A stretch of DNA of 24,000 bases from Saccharolobus caldissimus (lineage in GTDB: Archaea > Thermoproteota > Thermoprotei_A > Sulfolobales > Sulfolobaceae), in contig NZ_AP025226.1 in NCBI RefSeq assembly GCF_020886315.1, positions 2,950,469 to 2,974,468 on the forward strand, read 5' to 3'. This document shows, in pieces, positions 8,999 through 16,844 of the stretch. The notes under the pieces are model-generated. The model was not told where the DNA came from. It saw only the letters and a program-made list of their open reading frames with translations, and ran no database searches. Numbering within the stretch: position 1 is the first letter of the stretch; each line of letters starts with the position of its first letter. The position numbers and the translations under genes were made by a program.

Positions 8999-10177
8999 AT
9001 GTTAGATATTCTAATAGTTACGCTGAGCGGATTAGTATCTTCTTGGACAATATATAATTCAATACTCGCAATATTAGGAGTCTCGTGGAAGCCTATGGAA
9101 GAAAAAGATCATAGTGGTAAAACATTTAGCTTAATTATACCTGCCAAAAATGAGGAAAAAGTCCTTCCACGGTTGCTGGATAGATTAGTCAACTTAGAAT
9201 ATGATAGATCAAAATATGAGATTCTTGTGATAGAAGATGGATCTACTGATCACACATTTGATATATGTAAGGAATACGAGGCAAAGTATAATATCGTTAA
9301 ATGTTATAGTTTACCTAAAGCTAATGTCCCTAACGGTAAAAGTAGAGCGTTAAACTTCGCGTTAAGACTATCTAAAGGAGATATAATAGGAGTATTTGAC
9401 GCAGATACTGTACCCAGATTAGACATATTAGAATACGTTGAGCCTAAATTTAAGGATAATCAAACAGCCGCCGTCCAAGGTAGACTAATTCCAATAAACG
9501 TAAGAGAGAGTATAATAAGTAGGCTAGCTGCCATAGAGGAGTTAATGTACGAATACTCAATATCTGGAAGAGCTAAGTTAGGACTCTTCGTACCTATAGA
9601 AGGAACGTGCACGTTCATAAGAAAGGATTTAATTGAGGAAGTTGGAGGATGGAACGAATATTCTCTCACTGAAGATTTGGATCTAAGTCTTAAATTGACT
9701 GATAAGGGATATAAGATAATCTATTCACCAGCTGTAATAAGTTGGAGAGAAGTTCCAGTTAGTTTAAGAGTCTTAATAAGACAGAGACTTAGATGGTATA
9801 GGGGTCACCTAGAAGTTTCTATAGGTAAAATAAGTAAAATAAATTGGAAAATAATAGACGGTACTTTAATAGTTTTAACCCCCTTCTTTATGGTGCTTAA
9901 TGTAATTAACTACTCTTTGGTTCTAGTCTATTCTTCATCATTATATCTAGTAGCATTGGGTTTTGTTTCTATTGCGTCTTTACTTTCCTTAATACTTATA
10001 ATCTTAATTGCAAGAAGACATATGATTGAATATTTTTACATGATACCGTCGTTCATCTACATGAATTTCATTGTAGCATTAAATTTTATTGCGATATTTC
10101 TAGAATTGATAAGAGCTCCAAGAATATGGATAAAGACTGAAAGAAGCGGAAAAGTCACGGGGGAGGTAATAGCGTGA
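8999..10177 (+). CDS. Membrane-embedded processive GT2 glycosyltransferase (NodC/PgaC/cellulose-synthase-like)
   Basis: 392 aa. N-terminal TM helix, LIIPAKNEE, EDGSTD, FDADT (DxD), LTEDLDLS (TED) and QRLRWYRG (QxxRW), followed by several C-terminal TM helices. Confidence 0.8.
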   Translation: MLDILIVTLSGLVSSWTIYNSILAILGVSWKPMEEKDHSGKTFSLIIPAKNEEKVLPRLLDRLVNLEYDRSKYEILVIEDGSTDHTFDICKEYEAKYNIVKCYSLPKANVPNGKSRALNFALRLSKGDIIGVFDADTVPRLDILEYVEPKFKDNQTAAVQGRLIPINVRESIISRLAAIEELMYEYSISGRAKLGLFVPIEGTCTFIRKDLIEEVGGWNEYSLTEDLDLSLKLTDKGYKIIYSPAVISWREVPVSLRVLIRQRLRWYRGHLEVSIGKISKINWKIIDGTLIVLTPFFMVLNVINYSLVLVYSSSLYLVALGFVSIASLLSLILIILIARRHMIEYFYMIPSFIYMNFIVALNFIAIFLELIRAPRIWIKTERSGKVTGEVIA

Positions 10178-10779
10178 TAACTGAATTTCTATTGAGGAAA
10201 AGATTAGAGGACTATCTTTCTCATACTAAGGACCAAAATACCTTGTATGTTACTGACTTAGTTAGGTGTCCTAGAAAAGTAAAATATGAGAGTGAATACA
10301 AAGAACTAGCTATTAATCAAATATATGAACCTTTTACCTTATTAGGCGATTTAGTACACATGGGCTTAGAGGGATTACTAAAAGATCGTTTCAATGCCGA
10401 AATAGAAGTTGAAAAAGAAAAAGAAGTACAAGCACTAGGAAAACCGTATAAAATTAAAGGAAAGGCAGATGCAATAATAACCGATAAAGGAGAAAAGATC
10501 GTAATAGAAATTAAATCTTCTAGAAGTGATAGAGGAATACCACACCTTCATCACAAATTACAACTCCAGATTTACTTATGGTTATTTGAAGTCAAAAGAG
10601 GAATATTAGTATACATAACACCAGATAGGATAACCGAGTACGAGATAAATGAGGCAATGGACGACTCAACTATTATAAGACTAGTTGAGGATACGATAAC
10701 ATTAAGAAGTTCCCCCAGATTTGAATGGGAATGTAAATATTGCATATTTTCAGTATTATGTCCGTTTAAGAAAACTTAA
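10174..10779 (+). CDS. cas4: Cas4-family PD-(D/E)xK exonuclease with 4-Cys Fe-S cluster signature (solo, not CRISPR-linked in this window)
   Basis: 201 aa. GTG start overlaps the GT2 stop (GTGA) and lies 8 nt after GGGAGGT. It has an N-terminal Cys (VRCPRKV), GKADAII...IVIEIKSS (D...ExK), QLQIYLWL (QxxxY) and a C-terminal [10 protein letters not shown] (C-x2-C-x5-C). Confidence 0.85.
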   Translation: MITEFLLRKRLEDYLSHTKDQNTLYVTDLVRCPRKVKYESEYKELAINQIYEPFTLLGDLVHMGLEGLLKDRFNAEIEVEKEKEVQALGKPYKIKGKADAIITDKGEKIVIEIKSSRSDRGIPHLHHKLQLQIYLWLFEVKRGILVYITPDRITEYEINEAMDDSTIIRLVEDTITLRSSPRFEWECKYCIFSVLCPFKKT

Positions 10780-10820
10780 TTTTCATTAGTCTAATTTTTT
10801 TATTAGAGGTGAATTCAATT

Positions 10821-12020
10821 ATGCGTAAAAGGCCAGTTGTACTTACGATTGCAGGAAGTGATAGTGGTGGAGGAGCTGGATTACAAGCAGACTTAAAAAC
10901 CTTTACTGCCTTAGGTGTTTTTGGGACTACTGTAATAACTGGATTAACTGCACAAAATACGAAATCCGTGTTAAAAATTCATGAAGTCCCATTAGATTTT
11001 ATAGAAGCTCAATTCGATGCAATCTGCACTGATTTAAATCCTAAATATGCTAAAACGGGGATGTTAGCTTCTAAAAAAATTATAGAATTAGTTATCAAAA
11101 AAGTTAAAGAATATAATTTAGGTTTAGTCTTAGATCCAGTAATGGTAGCTAAATCTGGATCGTTATTAGTTACTGAGGACATTTCTGAGACCATGAGAAA
11201 AGCTATGAAAGAGGCATTAATTACAACACCTAATAGATATGAAGCTGAGATATTAGCAAATAAAAAAATTACTACCCAGGATGACGTTAAGAGAATTGCT
11301 AAAGAACTATATAATATGTATGGAAACGTTGTAGTTAAAGGATTTGATGGTATAGATTATGGTGTAATTGACGGAGAAGAAATGGAACTAAAAGGAGAGA
11401 ATATTTCAACTAAGAATACTCATGGAAGTGGAGACGTTTTTTCGGCTGCTATCACAGCTTATTTAGCATTAGGATATGGATTAAAGGAATCTGTAATTAA
11501 CGCAAAGAAATTCGTTACATTTTCTATCAAATATGGTTTAGATTTAGGTGAAGGGCACGGACCAGTAGATCCTTATTCTTATCCAGAGTCAATAATACAA
11601 AGAGAGAAAGGAAGAGAGGAATTAGAAGAACTCTTAAATTACTTAGAGTCAAACCTAGATTTGACTTTGAAGTTATTAACTGATAGCTTTAAGTCAAATG
11701 TAGTGTATCTCACAGATTATGGAGATACGCTAAGCTTAGCAGGAGGATTTATAAAATATTTAAATAAAATCAAAATAGATGGACCTATATTAAATAATAT
11801 AAATAACGATATTACTAATCTAATCAGAAAAACAAGCGGAAGAGTTGGAATATTACTACCATTAACTGAAAAAATACTAGAGGCAGGAGAAAGAGGAAAA
11901 ATAAAACTCACTAAAAGTGGATTAGATGGAGATGCACTAATATATTCTAACATGGTTTTAATTGTAGCTAGAGATAAAGACGAGCTTATAAGAAAACTAA
12001 ATGAGGTAGCTAGAGATTGA
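10821..12020 (+). CDS. thiDN: Bifunctional ThiDN: HMP/HMP-P kinase (ThiD) fused to ThiN-type thiamine-phosphate synthase
   Basis: [22 protein letters not shown] and [10 protein letters not shown] are ThiD motifs. A C-terminal extension of about 140 aa matches the archaeal ThiDN fusion. I prefer the ATG at 10821, which lies 8-9 nt after GAGGTGA, over the track's GTG at 10809. Confidence 0.85.
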   Translation: MRKRPVVLTIAGSDSGGGAGLQADLKTFTALGVFGTTVITGLTAQNTKSVLKIHEVPLDFIEAQFDAICTDLNPKYAKTGMLASKKIIELVIKKVKEYNLGLVLDPVMVAKSGSLLVTEDISETMRKAMKEALITTPNRYEAEILANKKITTQDDVKRIAKELYNMYGNVVVKGFDGIDYGVIDGEEMELKGENISTKNTHGSGDVFSAAITAYLALGYGLKESVINAKKFVTFSIKYGLDLGEGHGPVDPYSYPESIIQREKGREELEELLNYLESNLDLTLKLLTDSFKSNVVYLTDYGDTLSLAGGFIKYLNKIKIDGPILNNINNDITNLIRKTSGRVGILLPLTEKILEAGERGKIKLTKSGLDGDALIYSNMVLIVARDKDELIRKLNEVARD

Positions 12021-12901
12021 TTACAGTAGTTGGCAGTTATAATGTAGATATAATACTGAAAGTCAATAAAATCCCAGAGATAGGAGAAACTGTAATAGCT
12101 GATGAAGTATATATTAACCATGGAGGAAAGGGATCGAATCAAGCAGTATCAGCGGCAAGGCTAGGGAGTAACGTAAGGTTAATTGCCGCAGTAGGGAGTG
12201 ATACTTACGGTTATAATGCAATAAGTTTTTGGAAAAGTGAGAAAATCGATACTTCTTATGTAACAACTAAAAATGTTAGCACAGGGACCGCATATATTTT
12301 TGTGGATAAGAACGGAAGGAATATTATAGTAGTGAATAGAGGAGCAAATTACTATTTATCTGAAGAGGATCTAGATAAAGGATTAAGTGGCGATATATTG
12401 CTAACTCAATTAGAAATAAGAGAGGAAGTTGTTAAAAAGGCTTTAAGAGAATTTAATGGAATAAAAATCCTAAATCCTGCACCTGCAATTCTTAAAGATA
12501 CTGATATTTTGTCTTTTGCCGATATTATTACTCCTAATGAAATAGAATTTAAAGAATTAGTAAGCACAGATGATATAGAGTATGGTCTTCATATGTTACT
12601 TAAGAAAGTAAAAAAAGCTGTCATAATAACATTAGGAGATAGAGGAGCATTATTAGCAACTAAAAGCGGTAAAAGAGTGTTAATTCCAGCGCCAAAAGTT
12701 AACGTTATAGATGAAACTGGAGCTGGAGACGTATTTAATGCAGCTTTAGCAGTATATTTAGAGAGAGGATATAATATAGAGAGCGCCGTAGAGTATGCTA
12801 ATAAGATAGCAGCACTTTCTGTAACAAAAATGGGAGCTTTAGGTCCTAAATTAGAGGAGGTGAATAAGTTCCTTGAAGAGCTCGAAAAAGAAGAAAATTA
12901 A
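12017..12901 (+). CDS. rbsK: Ribokinase (PfkB family)
   Basis: 294 aa. TTG start overlaps the thiDN stop (TTGA) and is preceded by GAGGT. Motifs are GGKGSNQAVSAARLG, NPAP and TGAGDVFNAA. Confidence 0.85.
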   Translation: MITVVGSYNVDIILKVNKIPEIGETVIADEVYINHGGKGSNQAVSAARLGSNVRLIAAVGSDTYGYNAISFWKSEKIDTSYVTTKNVSTGTAYIFVDKNGRNIIVVNRGANYYLSEEDLDKGLSGDILLTQLEIREEVVKKALREFNGIKILNPAPAILKDTDILSFADIITPNEIEFKELVSTDDIEYGLHMLLKKVKKAVIITLGDRGALLATKSGKRVLIPAPKVNVIDETGAGDVFNAALAVYLERGYNIESAVEYANKIAALSVTKMGALGPKLEEVNKFLEELEKEEN

Positions 12902-12967
12902 AAGAATCGCAGAACATTGTGTTGGAGGATTTTGCGATTTACAAGATATAACTGAACGTGATGATTT

Positions 12968-13660
12968 ATGAGAATTAGATTCATAGGGACTGGTGCAGGT
13001 TCAAGTGTAGGGACTAAGAGGGTTAAATCAAGCATCTTAATTAATGATAAAGTTCTCCTTGATCTAGGACCTGGTGCAGACCTTAAGCTAGAAGATTTAA
13101 ATTTATATGATAAGCCAATTGCCCTATTTATCTCACATCTTCATGTAGATCATTTCAGTGGAATTTTTGATTATCTAGTTCAAAGGAAGATTAGACAGTT
13201 GCCAGAATTAGAAATATATTCACCAAGAGGACTTTCTGAAATAATATCCTCTTATATTAGAGTTGGAAATAATATTTCGGCAAAGTTATATGAAGGTAAT
13301 CTGCCTAAAGGTAAAGTAAATGACTTAGAAATATATTCCGTAAATGCATGTCATACAATTCATGCAGTTAGTTATGTAATACTAGATGGAAAAAGAAAGA
13401 TTTTGTACTCTGGAGATACTAAAGAACCTTGTGAACCTATTTTAGAAGAAGTTAAGGATTCTGATTTGATTATTCATGAATCTACATGTATAGAAAATTG
13501 TGAAGAGTGGGGTCATACATCATTAAATCAAATACTAAGTTTATTTAAGGATAAAAAAGTAGTAATAACACATATACCAATTGATATTGAAGAAAAAATA
13601 ATAAATCTAGGTAATAATAAAGTAATAATAGCATTTGATGGGATGACTTTGAATGTGTAG
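12968..13660 (+). CDS. MBL-fold metallo-hydrolase (small RNase Z/PhnP-like)
   Basis: 230 aa. HLHVDHFSG (HxHxDH), the later His/Asp ligand positions (CHTIHA, SGDT, IIHE) and GHTS. Confidence 0.75.
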   Translation: MRIRFIGTGAGSSVGTKRVKSSILINDKVLLDLGPGADLKLEDLNLYDKPIALFISHLHVDHFSGIFDYLVQRKIRQLPELEIYSPRGLSEIISSYIRVGNNISAKLYEGNLPKGKVNDLEIYSVNACHTIHAVSYVILDGKRKILYSGDTKEPCEPILEEVKDSDLIIHESTCIENCEEWGHTSLNQILSLFKDKKVVITHIPIDIEEKIINLGNNKVIIAFDGMTLNV

Positions 13661-14384
13661 ATTTTTAGCATTCCATACAAAAGATTCCTTATCTAAAGAG
13701 CATGTTAACGCTCTAATTAAAGCTAGTAGAAATGATATATTCTCTAAATATGGAAGCCACCCAGATGGATGGGGTTTAGTTGCTTTTGTTAGGAATAATT
13801 CTAAGTGGAGAGTATTTTATTATAGATCAGAGGACCCAATCTATGAGGATCCTTACATAAATACTATAATAGATGTAATTAAAGGTGAAGAGATAATTGG
13901 AGTTATTCACGCAAGAAAGGCTGGAAGCAAATTCCTAATTGGCTTAACACATACTCACCCATATTTTACTAGAGCAGGGATTTACGATCTCTATTTTGCA
14001 CATAATGGATCTGTGAGCAGGCAAATATTTAAAGAGCCTAATAAGCCTTATACCGATAGTTATCTTATCTTAGAAGAAATTAAGAACCTAATTGAGACTA
14101 ATAATATCACCCCTTTTGACGCTTACTCTTCTGTCATAGAAAGATTAAAGGATTACGCAACTAGTTTAAACTCTACACTAATTTTTTATAATAAAAGTGG
14201 AGGACCTTCGATTTTAGTTGGATATTATTATAACAAGAATAGGTTAATAAATGAAACTAAAGAAGAATATTATAAACTATATACTGATAATAAAGGATAT
14301 GTATTTTCATCTACAATAAAGTATTATTTAGATAAACTTACCGAAATAGAGGAATTAGTACTAGGAAGTATTGTACATATCTGA
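13653..14384 (+). CDS. Class II (Ntn-type) glutamine amidotransferase-like protein (YafJ/EgtC-like)
   Basis: 243 aa. N-terminal MCRF (Cys2 nucleophile), HPDGWG, HARKAG and FAHNGS motifs. The start overlaps the upstream MBL gene by 8 nt. Confidence 0.8.
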   Translation: MCRFLAFHTKDSLSKEHVNALIKASRNDIFSKYGSHPDGWGLVAFVRNNSKWRVFYYRSEDPIYEDPYINTIIDVIKGEEIIGVIHARKAGSKFLIGLTHTHPYFTRAGIYDLYFAHNGSVSRQIFKEPNKPYTDSYLILEEIKNLIETNNITPFDAYSSVIERLKDYATSLNSTLIFYNKSGGPSILVGYYYNKNRLINETKEEYYKLYTDNKGYVFSSTIKYYLDKLTEIEELVLGSIVHI

Positions 14385-14431
14385 GCTGAGATAGTTATAG
14401 ATTCTTAAACTCTTATTCTTAATATTAACTT

Positions 14432-15280
14432 ATGAAAGAAAGTCTTATAGAAGCAAAAATTATAGATTACGGTAAATTGAAAGATATTCAGAAAGAAATA
14501 ATTTATTATAAACTTTATGTAGACGCTTTAAAGAAACGAGGGATCAAGGAAAAAGTGAACCCTCCGCCGACCTTACCTAGATCTGTTCTAACATCAATAC
14601 TAGTTGGCGGAATACCTAGAGAAGGTCCATTACAAATAGATTTCGTAAATAAAGATATAATCAAAATAAAGGAATATAATGCTTTAGTTAAATCCCCAGA
14701 AATTAATAGCCTACCATTATATGCTATAGTAGAATATAGGGATGATGAAATAAAAGTATTTTTAGCATATGAGGAAAAACCTCCTATAGTTGGGGTAGAT
14801 ATAGGAGTAAGGCACTTGATAACCGTAGTTGCGCTTAAGGATAGTAAACTTTGGAAAGTAAGGTTTTTCAGCGAACCTAAGGTCATCGAATATTTTACGA
14901 ATTTCTTAGGAGATCAACAAGGAATAATACAATTAGAAGAAATAAGGAATAAGGCTAAGAAGATGATACTTGAAGCTGTAAATTTCATAGAAAGTTTAGA
15001 GCCTAAAATAGTAGCTATGGAAAATTTAGACTATTTTGATACTAAACCAGGCAGAGGATTGAGAGTATTACAAAATATGCTAGAGATTGAGATGAGAAAA
15101 AGAGGAGTAAAATATAAGAAATTAGACCCTTACAATACCTCAAGAATTTGTGCTAAATGTGGATATAAAAAAGGTGAAATAATGGGCTCGCTTTTCGTTT
15201 GTCCAGCATGCGGATATAAGGCTGATAGGGACTTCAATGCAGCGTACAATATAGCATTAAAATGCTATTATACTTGCTAA
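14432..15280 (+). CDS. tnpB: Miniature TnpB/Cas12-like RuvC nuclease with zinc ribbon (IS200/IS605 OrfB family); no TnpA partner
   Basis: 282 aa, intact ORF. RuvC-I is VGVDIGV (D123, codon 14798-14800), RuvC-II is VAMENL (E197, 15020-15022) and RuvC-III is ADRDFNAAYNIA (D267, 15230-15232). The CxxC...CxxC zinc ribbon is CAKC...CPAC, preceded by YNTSRIC. Only about 120 aa precede RuvC-I. Confidence 0.75.
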   Translation: MKESLIEAKIIDYGKLKDIQKEIIYYKLYVDALKKRGIKEKVNPPPTLPRSVLTSILVGGIPREGPLQIDFVNKDIIKIKEYNALVKSPEINSLPLYAIVEYRDDEIKVFLAYEEKPPIVGVDIGVRHLITVVALKDSKLWKVRFFSEPKVIEYFTNFLGDQQGIIQLEEIRNKAKKMILEAVNFIESLEPKIVAMENLDYFDTKPGRGLRVLQNMLEIEMRKRGVKYKKLDPYNTSRICAKCGYKKGEIMGSLFVCPACGYKADRDFNAAYNIALKCYYTC

Positions 15281-15365
15281 CTGTTAATCGTTATTAAGGA
15301 AAATAACCCTCATTTAAAGAACTTAAGGGATTCTTTATGGATCTGACGTCTTAATATAAAACATA

Positions 15366-15660
15366 TTAGTCAGATCTGTATTATGCAGATCTGACTGGGG
15401 TGTAAGCCGTTGAGCTCCCTGGGCTTAAAGCCCGTTGGGGGCTCCCCACTCTGGAAGATAAATGGTTCCCTTGCGGAGGGCTCATTGTTCCCAACATCGA
15501 TTCAGCTCTCATTTAGCGGGCAGTATGAGTAGCCAGAGAGCCCCACGTAAAAAGATGGGACTTTCATCCATAACATCTAGTCCCTTAAGAGGGAAAAAGA
15601 TGCTAATTACCCCTTCCACAGTCCCATCAAGTTGGGGGCGTCGTTAGTATCAGTAAAAGA
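15366..15660 (-). ncRNA. rnpB: RNase P RNA (archaeal); ends approximate
   Basis: The minus strand reads GGAUGAAAGUCCCAUC (CR-I, 15554-15569) and, about 150 nt further 3', GAGCUCAACGGCUUACA (CR-V, 15401-15417). P4 can form AAG(U)CC:GGCUU with the universal bulged U. P2 is GACUGUGG (15616-15623) pairing with CCCCAGUC (15393-15400). P3 is a hairpin, AAGGGG (15610-15615) with CCUCUU (15587-15592). The segment is conspicuously G+C-rich in an AT-rich genome, and a TATA-like box lies upstream. Confidence 0.7.
15368..15396. other. Perfect 11-bp inverted repeat hairpin (agtcagatctg-tattatg-cagatctgact) in the gap between the convergent tnpB-like ORF and the RNase P RNA core
   Basis: Read directly. 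On the minus strand it is followed by UUUUAU (complement of 15356-15361), consistent with an archaeal oligo-U terminator context. A third copy of gatctgac lies at 15340-15347. Confidence 0.6.
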
Positions 15661-15677
15661 TACTAAGAAAAAATGAG

Positions 15678-15692
15678 GTATTTAAATATAAG
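15678..15692 (-). promoter_or_regulatory. TATA-like box (minus strand CTTATATTTAAATAC), candidate RNase P RNA promoter
   Basis: TTTAAATA is centred about 25-27 nt upstream of the start of the G+C-rich RNA segment. The background is AT-rich, so this is weak evidence alone. Confidence 0.35.
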
Positions 15693-15816
15693 GGGCTATC
15701 CATCCCCGCTAGCGAGGCTTTCCGCTCCCTTAACCTAAATTTTTGTAAAGTGATATTATATAACAAATATAATGAAATAATGAGTAGTACAAAGACATTT
15801 AGTCTATACAAATTAT

Positions 15817-16803
15817 CTATATACTCCAGTATTTTCTTAATATATTTCTCTCTTCACTTAGATAATTCATAAATCTAGATTTAACGGAATCACTCGATTT
15901 AAATTGTCTATAATCTTTCTCAATACCAGTAAGACCTTCTAGAAAAGCTCTCAGCCCATTTACCAAACCAGTACTATATCCCCCCTCTAATACAGTGTAC
16001 CTTCTCGGAAAATTCATTCCTAACCTTCCAAAATTATAATACGTATATTCAGTAACATTAAGCGAGGCCAGACCATCATTTTTATACGCATCAAATCCTG
16101 CAGAAAAAGCTAAAACTGATGGCCTGAAATCGTCTAGAATAGAGTGGATTATAGGAAATAATTCATCGTATAAGTCATCTCCACCCAATGGCGGTATTAA
16201 TAAATTCACCTTAGTGCCTTCAGCCTCACCTTTACCTACCATATCTGGATATCCAGTACCTGGATAAATAGTTCTAGGATCTTGATGTATATCAATGTGC
16301 AAAACTTCTGGATCGTCATAAAAGATCTCTTGAGTACCATTACCGTAATGTACGTCAAAATCTATGATTGCTACTCTCTTCAACCTTAATTTCTTTATGG
16401 GATAAGCTACATTATTGAAAATGCAAAAACCCAATGTAGGTGCTCCTAATGCTTTACCATTTATACCAGCGTGATGTCCAGGTGGTCTCACTAATGCTAT
16501 ACCATTAACTTCCAATGCCTTTAACGCACCACCTAAAGCATATAACGCTACTTCATAAGTCTTCTTATTTGTATAAGTATCTGCATCTAATTCATCCTCC
16601 AATTCTGACGATTTACGAACTAAATTTACATAATCTTCTGAATGAATTATTTGAGGGTCTTCAATTTTATAAGGCTTAGTAAATCTAACTTCGAACCCTT
16701 TTAATGCAGATAATGCTTTTTCTAACCTACTGGGGTTTTCTACATGATACCTTTTGCTGCTGTGAAACTTATAAATATCGTCGTAAATTACTTCTATCTT
16801 CAT
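15817..16803 (-). CDS. Histone deacetylase-family enzyme (AcuC / acetylpolyamine amidohydrolase-like)
   Basis: 328 aa. RPPGHHA, DFDVHYGNGTQ and EGGY motifs. Confidence 0.85.
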   Translation of the reverse strand: MKIEVIYDDIYKFHSSKRYHVENPSRLEKALSALKGFEVRFTKPYKIEDPQIIHSEDYVNLVRKSSELEDELDADTYTNKKTYEVALYALGGALKALEVNGIALVRPPGHHAGINGKALGAPTLGFCIFNNVAYPIKKLRLKRVAIIDFDVHYGNGTQEIFYDDPEVLHIDIHQDPRTIYPGTGYPDMVGKGEAEGTKVNLLIPPLGGDDLYDELFPIIHSILDDFRPSVLAFSAGFDAYKNDGLASLNVTEYTYYNFGRLGMNFPRRYTVLEGGYSTGLVNGLRAFLEGLTGIEKDYRQFKSSDSVKSRFMNYLSEERNILRKYWSI

Positions 16804-16844
16804 CAGAGATCTAATTTATATTTCACGTTATTTAAGTTCAGATT

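Noticed and set aside
10780-10820. Looked for a TPP riboswitch upstream of thiDN
   Set aside because: Only about 40 nt of AT-rich spacer with a T7 run lies there, which is too short and unstructured for a THI-box.
12905-12939. 7-bp stem (aatcgca/tgcgatt) with a 21-nt loop after the ribokinase stop
   Set aside because: The stem is short and the loop large. No oligo-T tract follows. It cannot be distinguished from chance.
12950-12963. CUGA-AC-GUGAUGA, resembling D'/C' boxes of a C/D box sRNA upstream of the MBL gene
   Set aside because: There is no C box at the expected distance upstream and no terminal D box (CUGA) about 12 nt downstream. The sequence runs straight into the ATG at 12968.
15462-15647. 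61-aa + strand ORF (MVPLRRAHCSQHRF...) in the ORF track
   Set aside because: It lies entirely inside the G+C-rich RNase P RNA gene, on the opposite strand. Its Arg/Ser/Pro-rich, low-complexity composition is what translating structured RNA gives. It has no start context.
15400-15660. Alternative identity of the G+C-rich RNA as SRP (7S) RNA, or as the guide RNA of the adjacent tnpB-like gene
   Set aside because: The SRP helix-8-type motifs and 5' domain were not recognisable. In contrast, CR-I (GAAAGUCC) and CR-V (ACGGCUUA) of RNase P occur in the right order and strand with a compatible P4/P2/P3. The strand is opposite to the tnpB-like ORF.
15321-15735. Possible long-range pairing of UUAAGGGA (minus strand, 15724-15731) with UCCCUUAA (minus strand, 15323-15330), which would extend the RNase P RNA to about 410 nt
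   Set aside because: The pairing is only 8 bp and is partly built on the self-complementary cttaag. It would include long AU-rich stretches and the TATA-like box inside the RNA. A transcript of about 295 nt fits the conserved core better.
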